64,000 bases of DNA. Origin: Lytechinus pictus (Eukaryota). The stretch's first letter is position 1. Each line of letters opens with the position of its first letter. Position numbers and translations under genes: made by a program. The notes below the pieces were generated by a model that made no database searches, was not told where the DNA came from, and worked only from the letters and a program-made list of their open reading frames with translations. Shown one piece after another: positions 1-12,190 of the stretch. The DNA lies in contig NC_087263.1 in the NCBI RefSeq assembly GCF_037042905.1, positions 10,478,001-10,542,000 on the forward strand. Reading direction: 5' to 3'.

Positions 1-2505
1 TTAACACTAGTGTTTTTGCAGTGGAGTGATCATACCGACACGCAGCAATTGTGGTGGCGGTAGTTGTTGGTAGTGTTGATAGTGGTGTTGATGATGATGA
101 TGGTGGTAGATAGATGTTGTGTTTAAGTTTGTCATGTTCGCAATCACAGTACTTCGTATGGTCACTTGTAGGCCTATCATTTTGAAATAAGAAAAGACTT
201 CACTGTTTGTGTCTGCATCAGATTCCTGAAAAGCAAAACCATTAGATGCCACTTCCACTTAGATTAAAGGTAAAGGAGTAATCGACTAATCCTTGCATGC
301 AAGAGAGATCCGAATTCCGCATGTAGAGTATCCCAATCTGTTAACAACATCAACGCTTTTTTTCTACCAAACTCTCACAAAAATCAGGATAAAGGACTGC
401 AGTAACGTTCGCGCATGCTCAGATAGAATCCGTCGCGAACTTCACGTTTAATTTGTCCTTTCCGAAATGGTCGCGATTTTTTAAAGACCATAATTCAAAA
501 ATTTTCTACAATCAATATTATTGCCAAGACTGATGATGTGATCGGATACGATCTGCTACGATAACTCTACGATTAATACCATCGTATTAATCGTGGCAAG
601 AATCTTGACAGCGGGAACGAGGTATTACCGCCAACCTCAAGCATCTCCTAATACCTATATAGTTCCCATTGTTGCGACACGATTAAAACGGTGGTGTTAA
701 TCGTGGATTATTCGTAGTGATGATCGTACCAGATCATATTATACAATCAGTCGTGACAATTTGTATTGATCGAAGAACAATTATGAAGGGTTAAACAAGT
801 TTGGCGATCAGTTACGAAAGGCCAATCGGCATCGTGATAGCGTTCGTAATAGATTGCACAACAGAGGGAACGAGGTATATAAATCATAAAATTAAAATAC
901 ATAGAGGGCTGTTTTGAAAACAGATGAAATCAAACAGGAAATAGTGTTTTTCGAATAGCATTTAATTTCTCCAGAATTATTTGGCACACAATTCTTAATG
1001 TTATATCATCAAATGGGAATGAGAGATACATTTGTAATAATAAATTGTTTGATACTGTCAGAATTAATTTTGTTGTCATTACACATCGTTAAACATCGTA
1101 ACACACCGTAACACATCGTTACACATCGTAACACATCTGTAGGCCCTACCTGATTGATCTCATTGACCAGGGGAGTGGTTCATGAAGTGAGTTGTTAGAG
1201 CTTTATCCGACAAGGAAAGTTATCAAATCTTACAATTTGTCAGCCGATAATTCTCAGTGAAACGCTCTCCTTGGCTGTACTCTTATATTCATACTTATCT
1301 CTGTCAGAGTTCTTGTATTGTAATTCCATGCGAATCTTTGTAATGAAAAATATATAGGCTATATTCTCTCTAAAACCACTGAACTTCCACACTAAACACA
1401 AAACCATTGAGCTTGAATGAGTGAATTATAAATTGTATGCAGTGGCCTATCCCAGGTGAAGTTACGTTTGGAATGAAAAAAAAAATGAAACAAAAGTCCA
1501 AAACTTACGCTGTTAATAATTTTGGTGAAATATCAAATGAGGATTGATAGCAACTATGTGGCCTAAGACCATATACACTTTTGTTGAATATTAATTTATA
1601 TTTTTTTCCATATGATAATGAATTATGCTAATCGTTATATTCAGGACAACTGAAAAAAATTAAAATGGAAAATTATGTGAAATAAATAAATAGCAGTGAA
1701 TGAATAATTTCTCTTCCCCCCCCCCCTCCACCGGGGTTAACATTAAAAATATATCCAATCATGCTCCATTTGCTAATTTCATAATTATGCTAATGAAGAC
1801 AAAAATACTCATGGCTGCTGTAGTTTTTTTAAGAACAACTTAGAATACCTTATGAACAAAAACACCACCTTTTATATTTTTCAGGTATGATCGAGGCATA
1901 CCAGACTAGCTAATGCATGGTAAAACGTTGTTTAAAATTTTATACAACGCCGTTTGCTATATGTGAATTTCGACAGTTTTTTTTAACAGTTTAACAAGTG
2001 TTTAAATGTTTAAGAACAGAGTTTGTTTAATGTTAAATATTTGTTAAACAACAACTGTAAACAGTTCAGAGAGTAAGCAGCGTTGTATAAAACAAATTAA
2101 TAAAGACCAACTTCACCGTGTGCAGATACATAGCTGAAAGTAGCACGTAAAGGGGGAAGACCACCCTGACATAACAATGATTTACATTTTTTCCGAAATT
2201 TAAATGAGATTGTAACTTCATATAGACCTTACTCATATGACGTCATAATCTCATAGCGCCCTCCTTCAGAGGATATATAGGAGTACGTACAAACAGAGTT
2301 GTCAGAGATTTGCCAGCTGCAGATTACCAACGCATGCAAAACTCAATCGCCTGGGGTTGAGCTTTTGCAATTACAGTGCCATTTGATACTTTACATCCCT
2401 TTACTATTTTCCCTTGGTGAAGACAATCTAGAATTAATTCGTAAGCGTATCAATAATGCCCTGGTCTTAGCATTCTTGGGAGTCTATGGATTTATATCAT
2501 GTGTG

Positions 2506-2588
2506 TCATAGTTTGGTTCCACTGCTGCCGTGGTGATTCATCGGGGCTTTCGGTTCTTTGAATACTGGACAGGACAGACTCAAGAGGT
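2506..2588 (-). CDS. Terminal coding exon of the LURAP/FAM167-like gene (DLLSLSCPVFKEPKAPMNHHGSSGTKL*)
   Basis: Strong acceptor tttttgttttcctttccAG|AC. The phase-1 frame ends at TGA 2508-2506; the frame depends on which upstream donor is used. Confidence 0.55.
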
Positions 2589-3163
2589 CTGGAAAGGAAA
2601 ACAAAAATGAAATAAAATAAAATCGTGAAAATGTGAACTTATTTTATCTTCGAGTTATTATTGTTTTCCACTGTTGACGAACCATTCAATGTGTACACAT
2701 TAGGCAGCAGTTTAAAATTCAACGGCATTAAAAAAGTTGACCGTAGTAGTTAGTATCAGTAATGTTTATCATGATGAACGAGGTTGTGTAACTTTTATAC
2801 AATGCGTGGAAACCACTGCCGTATAGACTGAGGCTGGGGGGGAGGGGGCTATGACCGCCTATAAATTCTCACGACCACGAAAAAAAATAGAAAAATAAAG
2901 GGAAATTATATTATGTTACTTTCTGAACCTTATGTCTAAATCTAGCCAAATATCAATTTTTTTAATGAAAAAAGTCAAACTGCAACTTTTAGAACTTTTG
3001 CTCCTTCTGGCATATCTAGTATTTCCCTCAAAATTCTTCATTCATTTGATAACCACGAGATAAATTATTATCATAGTTATTAAGCTGTTATTGAAAAGTG
3101 ATGCATTATAAGATGATATGCGAAGAATTTTGCAGATAGAATCCAAATGAAAAGTATACATGC

Positions 3164-3557
3164 CTTCTAATTCCTCATCATCTTCCTCGCCAAAATCCGG
3201 AGGAAGATCTTCGTATTCTACCGGAGTCGGTTCGCTACTCCTTCGTCGCCTTATCGGGGATAACTGCTCTACAATATGTCGAATGTTCAAAGCCCCTGGC
3301 TGATCCAGAGCTTCTCGGATGATTCGGAACAGTTCGGTATCTCCCGGAGTTGTCATCGGCGTAATGGACGAATATGATCGGCATTTCTCGGGGCTACTCG
3401 GAGTTGACCTCGAAGTGAGTGGACATGGGGAAGATGAAGGTGGCAACGGCGAAGGCGTTTCCGATGAAAATGTCACGTGATCAGACAAGTGGCCAATCGT
3501 CTCGTAATTACTCAGGAGCTGGCGAAATATCTTCTGGTCCGTTTTTCTCATTGCTAA
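3164..3557 (-). CDS. Coding exon 3 of the LURAP/FAM167-like gene (LAMRKTDQKIFRQLLSNYETI...EEDDEELE)
   Basis: Acceptor tttctacAG|TTA. Second half of the LURAP-like helix followed by a Ser/Pro-rich tail. Best donor is GAAG|GCATGT (GC donor); a weak GT donor lies 4 nt further on. Confidence 0.75.
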
Positions 3558-4645
3558 CTGTAGAAACATAGAATTGTGAAATAAACTTAGAGAAGCCTAA
3601 CGAATGGTGGGCAGATGCACGGGCAAAACCAACGCCAAATCAACCTATAGTATGTCATTTATTATTGATCGGGATGGAGCGGTTAGTAGGGAATAATTAT
3701 TGTTCGCTCCGGGAGGTATGGAGGGTTCGAAAACATAGAAAATGTATTGTCAAATGCTCTTCATGACAAAGTACAACCAAGAAATCTTTGTCGAAAATTA
3801 GTCAAAACAGCAGACTCTGGCCTGTTTCGTTAGCGCTCCAAAGCTTGTGACGAAAATGCTGCTCCGGCTTACAAATTTTCGACAAAGACCTTGCAGCTGC
3901 TTTTGTCATTTTACAGATATTTTCAATACACTTGATGTCTTCTTGGACAAAAATCAATGTTCACATGAACTTGAAGCAAATAACGTTACTATGAATTGCC
4001 TGTTCTCCCATGCTGAATGTTGGCAAACAAAATGCAGATTTGGAACTGATTGAAAAAAGTGTGAAATATCTACCGTGATAATATTCAATGTCATACAATT
4101 TCTGACTCTTGTTTGTTTATTGACGAGAAAAATCAGCTTGCAACTCACAAACAAAACAACAAGCATCATGTTCATTCGAGTTTAAGGACTAACCAATATT
4201 CTGGCGTTGGCGCAATTGTCCTCGCTCTCTGACCGGTACTGCTTTCATGGGGCTCACGAACGCTTTGAAAAGGTTTTGCATGGACACAAATGCCCCCAAA
4301 ATTGCAAAGTCAAACATTCGTTTTTTTATGCGACAAAAGGGCAGAAAACATGCTCTTAACTTCGCCAATAACAGCTTCGCCAATATCATTGTTCGTGGTG
4401 TCGCTTGGAGTCGCGTTTCGTTCAGAAGAAATTTTGAAAATAAAAAAAAAGTACTCGCAAACAACTGAAAAAGCTTTTTTTTTAAACAAAAATTTTGCGC
4501 ATTCTTGTTGCGTAAAATGAATGTTGGAGTCATTTTTTTTATATTCATGTCCTTGCGAAATATTCGCAAAGCGTTCAGGAGCCCCATCAACTAAAGCGGC
4601 GCTTTACTGTCTCTTTTATGTCGATGTGATAAAGCCAAACCTTAC

Positions 4646-4855
4646 CAGGTTCCTCTTCAACATGCGCAGATTCCATTCCAACCTAGCAAAGCCGTTTGAT
4701 TTTTCCCAGGATGCCTTCGGCTGATCATCGTCAGTTTCCGGTGTAACGCAATCACGTGATAGCGATCCGTTGCAAGGTAGGTCCTTAGGCCAGGCAAACT
4801 CTATCGAGGACGCCAAAAAATCCAGCTGCTCACTTCCTTCTCTGTGTGACGAATC
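4646..4855 (-). CDS. Coding exon 2 of the LURAP/FAM167-like gene (DSSHREG...GFARLEWNLRMLKRNL)
   Basis: Acceptor ttttctacaaAG|GAT, donor CTG|GTAAG, 210 nt, phase 0-0. Ends with the first half of the LURAP-like helix. Confidence 0.8.
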
Positions 4856-5352
4856 CTTTGTAGAAAAGGGAATGTTAGGATAAGTGAAATGAAAACATGG
4901 ACTTAAACTTCAATTCTACATTGGTAATCAAGTCAAGTTTGCTAGTTCCCTGCATGGTAATACAGTAGCCTGGAGAAGCAAAATGTTTTTAATATTTGCC
5001 ACAATTACAGATATGTATATACAGGACACACTAAGTGACGTCACCGGCTTTTTTCAAGGGGGTAATTTGGGGAGACAAAAAGTGAAATTAGTATACAGAT
5101 CAGTGAGAACATGGACCTAGGTACATGGTGAAAATCACCCTAGTTCAAACCACCCTTATTGCTTTCTTTCTTCACCATATCAATATAATAATAATAGTAA
5201 GAAGAAGAATAAGAATATTAATAAAATTAGTACTACCAATACAATACAATAAAATAAGAATATCAATAAGAATAATCATGATAATGAATGAATAAATAAA
5301 TAAACAAATAAATAAGTAGATAAATAAATAAATAAATAAAATCTTCACATAC

Positions 5353-6099
5353 TTGTTGTGAGCCTTGGCCTTGTTCTGATTGGCTGCTCTTACGGTTTTG
5401 GTAACGTGATGCAGTATCTTCAGCTACCATCTCACCCCACGTACGCGGTGTTATCAAGTCATCTTTATCCTCAAACGATCTGATTGGTTGATTTGAATTG
5501 ACGTCATGAAATGTAACATCTTCAACGTATATTCCTTTCACCACACCCTTGCTACTCCTTCGCCCAGTTTCTGTAGAAGGTTTATTCTTGTGATTATTAT
5601 TATTATTCACATTATGTTGAGGCTTGTTTTCTGTCTCGATAGCAGTGTCATTCGCGATCATATCGGACCACGATCGTGGTGAAATCAAGTCATCTAATTG
5701 GCTCCTTCCCGACACCACGTGATCATTTATCTCATCCGATTCGTCGAATGTTTCATCTGACGTCACGGATGACAACCCCAACCTCCTCTGCATCGCATCA
5801 AATGTGAAATGTCCATCTGACGCTGATCGTACCTGTCTTCTTGCGAAAGTCATCGACTCATCATGTGACATGACGTCAGAATTTTGAATGCTTTTCGACC
5901 GCGTGTTCTTTCTCCTGATCGAGGCCGGGGAAAGGTTGCCATCCACCCTATCCATGCAGTTCCTCAAGTCTATCGACTTCATCTTCGTTTCATAATCGTC
6001 GGTGACGAGTTCCTCGTCGATTTGGTTGTTGGAGGTCTTGGCAGCCGAGGCAAGCTTCTCAGCCGAAATCTTTCTCCTTGCTATCCGCTGGGCTGACAT
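5353..6099 (-). CDS. Coding exon 1 of a LURAP1/FAM89/FAM167-domain adaptor-like protein; join(complement 6099..5353, 4855..4646, 3557..3164, 2588..2506), about 477 aa
   Basis: Open 249-codon frame from ATG at 6099 (MSAQRIARRK...) ending at donor CAA|GTATGT, phase 0. Ser/Asp/Arg-rich and low complexity. Upstream non-coding or coding exons are possible. Confidence 0.75.
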
Positions 6100-7049
6100 C
6101 TTGATACCTTGCAACTAAACCGGCCTATAGAACTATGTAGTCTGTATAACCATTCACACGTAGGCTAAGTTTTCATTGTCAGAGTTCTATCCCAGAGTTG
6201 ATGTTGCAGAGTACCAGAAAAGATGTAGATGTATAAAAGAAATCCGGTCTGTGATAAATATATCATCAAACGCTTGAAGAATATGTATTAACCGTACAGC
6301 CAAATAACATTATGAAGAACGCCGAAAACCTTGATGTTAATGACCGAATACTTGTACGCTATGACGAAATATGACTGTTTGCCAATCAAAGCAGAGGAAG
6401 AAGAAGAAGCTACTACTGTCTACCATCACCCTAAATCATAAAGAAAACTATGCTCACGATCGTTGGTTTATTTCCTGCAAAGTGACGACTCCGACCTTAA
6501 GATACCACGATCAAATGTCGTTTTTGTCATGTAGCTTTAATGCTGGCGCAATAAAAACAGAAGGGTTTACCCTGATAAGTCATATGATAGGGCTCCGTGA
6601 CTATTATCTTCTTTCAGGAATCCAAGGATGAATAGCGATCAATAATTGACGAGGAACAGATTAGACTGCCTCTTGGCTCCGATCAATATCTTCTATTGTT
6701 CCCATGCATGTTCCTGGCCAGCGAACTGAATAGGTACCGGTCGATGCTGCCTTTGTTGTGACGCACCAATCTGTGGCTGTGAAGGAAGAGGAAAGAAAAA
6801 ACAACTCAACATTCTGAAAGGACAATGCACAAATCTTTAGAGGGTGGGCGAGGGTGTGCAAAGCGTAATTTTGGTAATTGCACCACGCCAAGACGAGCTC
6901 GGGAACGGCTTGGGTGATCTGTTAAAAATGAGATACAGAAGATGCTACGCCCCGTTTGGTTTTATTGGTTGAACCTGTTATCCATGTGTGCATTAATCAA
7001 TAGAAGCATGTATCATGTTTGTATGTGCATGCATTTCGTTACACACCTG

Positions 7050-7195
7050 GGGAGCGTTTCATGAAAGGATTTCATCAGACAAGTCCTGTTTTATCCGACA
7101 ATTACCATAGCAACAGTACCTCTCAGTCAATCAGAATCGGGGAAAGTTGTCAGATCTGACAACTTGTCGGACATAAATGTTGATGAAACGCTCCC
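7050..7195. mobile_element. Harbinger/PIF-like MITE with CTG TSD
   Basis: CTG|GGGAGCGTTTCAT ... ATGAAACGCTCCC|CTG. Sister copy at 9371-9527. Confidence 0.75.
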
Positions 7196-9370
7196 CTGGG
7201 ATATACGCGCTCAGTGTTCGCAATAATATCACATGAACAAATCTTTGAAAATGAATAGCCTTTTTTATTTCATTGCTTTTTACTTCAAATTGATTATGTT
7301 TATCTCGCTTTTCCCTGATTTTATTAAAACACATTTGGCATTAAGGAATGTTCCTCATTTGGGAACGGGAGCTAATGGCATGGAAGCTTGCAATAAAAAA
7401 TAAAAAATTGTCCCATCGGCGCGAAAAATTAAATGGGTGTTCCTTGTCTTATCAACATCTGTAACTTACTACCATATTAAAGATGGAACTACAATTCACA
7501 AAATCTAAACCGATAAGTCAAATATTGGTAAAAATTATTTTGAATGGAATTATGCGAAGGCTCCATTGATTACCAGCAGCAGTATAATCAATATTTCAGC
7601 CGCATGGTCGACCAGTCGTATATTTATTTGCTATTTATCCTTACCACTTCTTATTGTATTATAACTTTGACCAATTTCAATTTTGTGTAAAATGCATTTT
7701 ATGTGTTATTTTATATACGGAAATAAAACAACGTGATAATATATAATATTCCCGAAGACAGAGTGATCATCATGATCATTATACATGTTTTACTTGTGAG
7801 ATATCAGTGTGCAAGGCTATCATCTCGATAACTAGCAATGTATATCATCATATACATTTAGTCTTTGAATGATAAAAGATAATACCTTAGATGGCACTTT
7901 CGTTGTGGATTGCTAAGAGTAGGGAACCTACGTAGAAGTGGATGATTATCGGGTCCGTGGACGTTCGCAGACTTCCTAAACTGAATCTATTTGTCAAACA
8001 AACACTGCATCAATCATAATGCCAAATTATGCCTGTGTCATTGATTGCACAGAAGGCAGATCTACTCTAAATCGAGTGTCATGTGGATTTTCCTAAGCAA
8101 ATGAAGATGAGTCATAGTTTACCATATATGAAATCTGATTTGGAGGCCGAGATATCATTATTTCATTCACGTGTTAACGACCGTCCATATTTGAAATAAA
8201 TTAGACAAATAATTTCACAAAATTGTGCCTGGAGTTACTATGAAACCTACTGACACCACCCATGTTCATAAGTATATGCCTATGCATTAGATAAAATGCC
8301 TCAGAATTGCTTTCTCTCTCTCTCTCTCTCTCTCCTGTCCACACCATTTCATTCATTCTCTTAAAAATCAGTTCATATTTATCTAAATGAATCCTTCTTC
8401 GTTTTCACTAACCACGCTGACATAATTATTTTTCAGTCATTCCCTTATCCGTCAATAATCTGTTGTGACATTTAGGTCTCCCTTAATATAAGCTTTGCCG
8501 CAAGTTATGAATGCTTTGCTTATCATTATCCATTGCCTAGCGGGAATTCCTTCTTTTTTTAATTTACTAAATATTAATTGGATATTATGGGTTCGAATGA
8601 TGTCGATATCATAAATAGTTATCAAATATACTTACATGTACTTTATTGAGGATAAGACACCATTCCGGTTGTTTCTTCTCGAGAATCCGCGCGAGAAATG
8701 GGGAACTCTTCTCGAAATTAGCCCGCATACGCCGTCCGTAATTAAGAGAAAGTTGCACTGCTTCTTGGGAGAACCTCAATTAATTGATTCGATAGATGCG
8801 CAATATGTCTTCTTCTTCTTCTAAGTACAGTCCACCGATTGGTGATATATTATCGTATTATAATATGTCAAGTTCTAGATGAGACCATTCCTGCAATCAT
8901 TTGATGACGACTATGAATAAGGCTGCGCATGTGCTCCGTATCCTTCACGTCATATTCTGTTACAGTTAGGGTCAGTCTGGACCGCTTGGTCCAAGTAAGG
9001 AACATTTACAGATCTAATAGACTCATCTACAGTCAGAATGGCACCTATAGTGGTCATTATAGTATCCGTGTTTGCACGCTCGATAGTCCACTTTGGACTT
9101 ATGAAAGGATAACACATGTTATGGTGACAAGAACAAACACTAGAGCTTATCCCAATTCTTCTTTTCTCTAGACACATTCATTTCAAAGTTTATTCAAGGA
9201 ATCAATACTCTGCGTGGTCCTTCCCCCGTTCGACCAAATCAATAGAGTGTTTTCGCAAATCACGACTGGGACGGGTTCTACAACATAGAAAATCTATTGT
9301 CAAATGCCCTTCATGATAAATTAGCAGTCTTTGTCGAAAATCAATGAATCAAAACAACAGTTTCGTCCTG

Positions 9371-9527
9371 GGGAGCGTTTCATGAAAGGACTTGTCGGAC
9401 GTTTTATCCGACAAGGCACATTTTATCCGACAGTTACCATAGTAACAGTACCTCTCAGCCAATCAACATCAGAGAAAGATGTCAGATCTGACAACTTGTC
9501 GGATGAAAATGTTGATGAAACACTCCC
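9371..9527. mobile_element. Harbinger/PIF-like MITE nested in another dispersed repeat (about 9285-9620)
   Basis: CTG TSD. An uninterrupted host copy near 46010 reads tcgtcCTGgac with a single CTG. Confidence 0.8.
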
Positions 9528-9965
9528 CTGGACTCCGGACAAACGACATATTTGCATTTTTTTTGTCAGCTCAGAATCTAACGACGATCCGCTTTCCCGG
9601 TTCACAAAAGACCTCTCTGAGCTGTTCATTGTGAAATACTCGCTTCTGATTGGTTGGTAATCAAGTTGCATTTGATTTTTGGAGTTGTGTTTGATTGCAT
9701 CTCTTTGTGCATCAGACCCGTGGGATTGAAATGGGAACTACCTGAAATTTGTCCTATTTCTGCTTCAAACATTTTCTTCGACTTTTCTTTTTCTTTTTCA
9801 ATTTCTCTTTCTTATTCTATGTTCGGGGTGTTTTTTTTATCTGCTTTTACTACCAGAACTCTTTTTTTTTCTTTCTTGTTCTTCCGCTCTTTCTTGTTCT
9901 TCCTTTCCTTCTTATTCTTCTTGCATTAATGCCGATATTATTATCATTACCAATAACCATCTGGG

Positions 9966-10332
9966 GAATAATACTCACAGTTGAGGAAAGATAATGGACA
10001 ACTATCATTTTCGAGGCTAGCTGGATGTAGATAGTTCCCGGGAGATAGCTTAGAAAATAATGATGTATAAGTCTCATTTTTTAAAATAGTGCTTAGTACC
10101 TTTCATAGAACAGTTCTATTTGTCCTTCAAGACCATTTACGGTATCTCTGATTCGTCCATGTGAGGAGCTTCTTGGTCCCTACTTGTTGCAATCGAGTGT
10201 CATTGTAAATTTATCTTTTCCAAACTGGCTTTTCCATGAAATGGTAAACAATATGCACTTCACAGGAATAAAGGCGGAAGTGAAAAAAGTATTCATTGTT
10301 TAAAACTCATGTATCTTCTATTACACTCTTAA
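9966..10332. repeat. ~365 bp inverted duplication (partner 14087-14451)
   Basis: Reverse-complement match; ORF track entries 9850..10077(-) and 14340..14531(+) share IH.YFLSYLPGTIYIQLASKMIVVH. Confidence 0.9.
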
Positions 10333-10439
10333 ACATGCTGGCATCATCATCACCATTACCACCACCACCACCTCTACCACCACAAACAACAACAACAGCA
10401 ACAACATCATCATCATTATTATTATCATTATCAGCATCA

Positions 10440-12190
10440 CCATCATCGACATCATCTTTAAAAAAAAATTTGTCTGCAGAAGCAGAGCCGACTAGCTAAG
10501 TTTGGTATAGAAATGTCGCCCTCTTCCGTTCAACATCAAGGTAGCGTTTGACGAAGCGATTAGTCAGTGACTTTTCATTGACACTGTTTTAAGTGACGGA
10601 ACTTCTTGCCGCTTAGTGGGGGTGACATGTCTCGCTGGAAATAACTGGAAAGATGATTATTAGAAGTTACTCCACGGCGACGATCACCGTTTTCACGCAC
10701 TACCCCCCCCCAAAAAAAAAAAAAATTGAGGGGACCGAAGCCACTTTTGATTCAAACTTTCAAAGGTTTCAGCTTGTTTTGTAATGAGAAGTAAAGGAGA
10801 ACGGAAGCGAAAGGGGGTGAAAAAAGAAGAAAATAAGCAATAAGCGTATAAATAGGAGATCCCTTGAGCGTGTTACTCTATAATAACTCTTTAATTTACA
10901 AACTAAGGCGGAAGCTCACCCTGACAAAAATTTTATTGTAAAAAAAGAAGAAGAAAAAAATAATAAAAAGAATTGTTGAAGGTTTGAAGAGAATCCATCA
11001 AAGATTAATTAAGTTATTAAAAGTTTCTGTTTTATTTGTTACGTCATATGCGACCAGCTTTACATGTATCGTGAATTAAAATAAAATACGAAATCTCATT
11101 TTCTTAAAACAAAATTATAATTTGCTTTTACAGGTGCCGCGGGAATGGGGGGGGGGGGGTTATGGGTTTCAGCCCCCGCTTTTTTCCAGAGCCGTCTACA
11201 AAAACGCAGATTACCATCTGATTGTAAGACAGAACAACAGATACATCATTTCACAAAAGAAAGAAAGAAAAAAATATTTTAGCCATTATTAAAAGTCAAG
11301 TCCACCCCAGAAAAATGTTGATTTGAATAAATAGAGAAAAATCTAACAAGCATCATACTGAAAGTTTTATCAGAATCGGATGTAAAAATAAGAAAGTTAT
11401 GACATTTAAAGTTTCGCTTGTTTTTCACAAAACAGTTATATGCACAACTGAGTGGCATGCAAATGCGAGAATCGATGATGTCCCTCACTCAATATTTTTT
11501 TTTATTGTTTGAATTATACAATATTCTAATTTTTACCAATACGACATCACGGACCAACTTAGCTGAATCATAAAATGTTATAACAATGGTAATGTCACAT
11601 GCTCAAGGAGGAATAACACTTTGTTTCACAGGACAATTGTGAAATGAATGTGAAATTAAGCAAAACTTTAAAATGTCATAACATTCTTATTTTACATCCG
11701 ATTTTGATGAAATTTTCAGTTTTTATTCAAATCAACTTTTTTTGGGGGTGGAATTGTCCTTTAACAATTACTAAATTGAAATTAATGCATTTTATATTAC
11801 ATGACATACACTGCAAAAACTCTGGTGTTGATTTAACACCAGCCCGGAATATAAACATGTCCACACCAGACAAGTATTGAAACAACGCCAGTTTGGAATC
11901 AAACCGATGCTGTTTAAATACTAATTGGTGTTGTATAAACACCTATCTGGTGTTAGAACAAAACGAAACTGGTGTTGTTTAACACTTCTCTGGTGTGGAT
12001 ATATAGATTCCAGATCAATTGTATAGCAAGCGACCTAGAATCCGGTAACGTTCTATTTATTTTCTTTTTTTTCGAGTTGATAATTACGCGGCTTTTTTTT
12101 CTTTGTTTGGGTTTAAATTGTGATTCAATGATCCAAAATAAGTTCAATGGGCTTGCCTAATTTAAATCTATTTAAAAATGTTTTAGTTTT
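10440..12190 (+). repeat. Direct segmental duplication, copy A (copy B at about 29780-31440)
   Basis: Collinear shared unique sequence (gccgactagcta...aatgtcgccctcttccgttcaacatcaagg...), with copy-specific insertions and deletions. Confidence 0.9.
11293..11760. mobile_element. Non-autonomous Kolobok-like TIR element, family A (TTAA TSD)
   Basis: TTAA|AAGTCAAGTCCACCCC ... GGGGTGGAATTGTCCT|TTAA. The empty paralogous site has a single TTAA at 30593-30596. Confidence 0.85.

Noticed and set aside
4189-4590. 133-aa ORF inside intron 2 of the LURAP-like gene
   Set aside because: No recognisable domain; lies in repeat-like sequence with inverted motifs.
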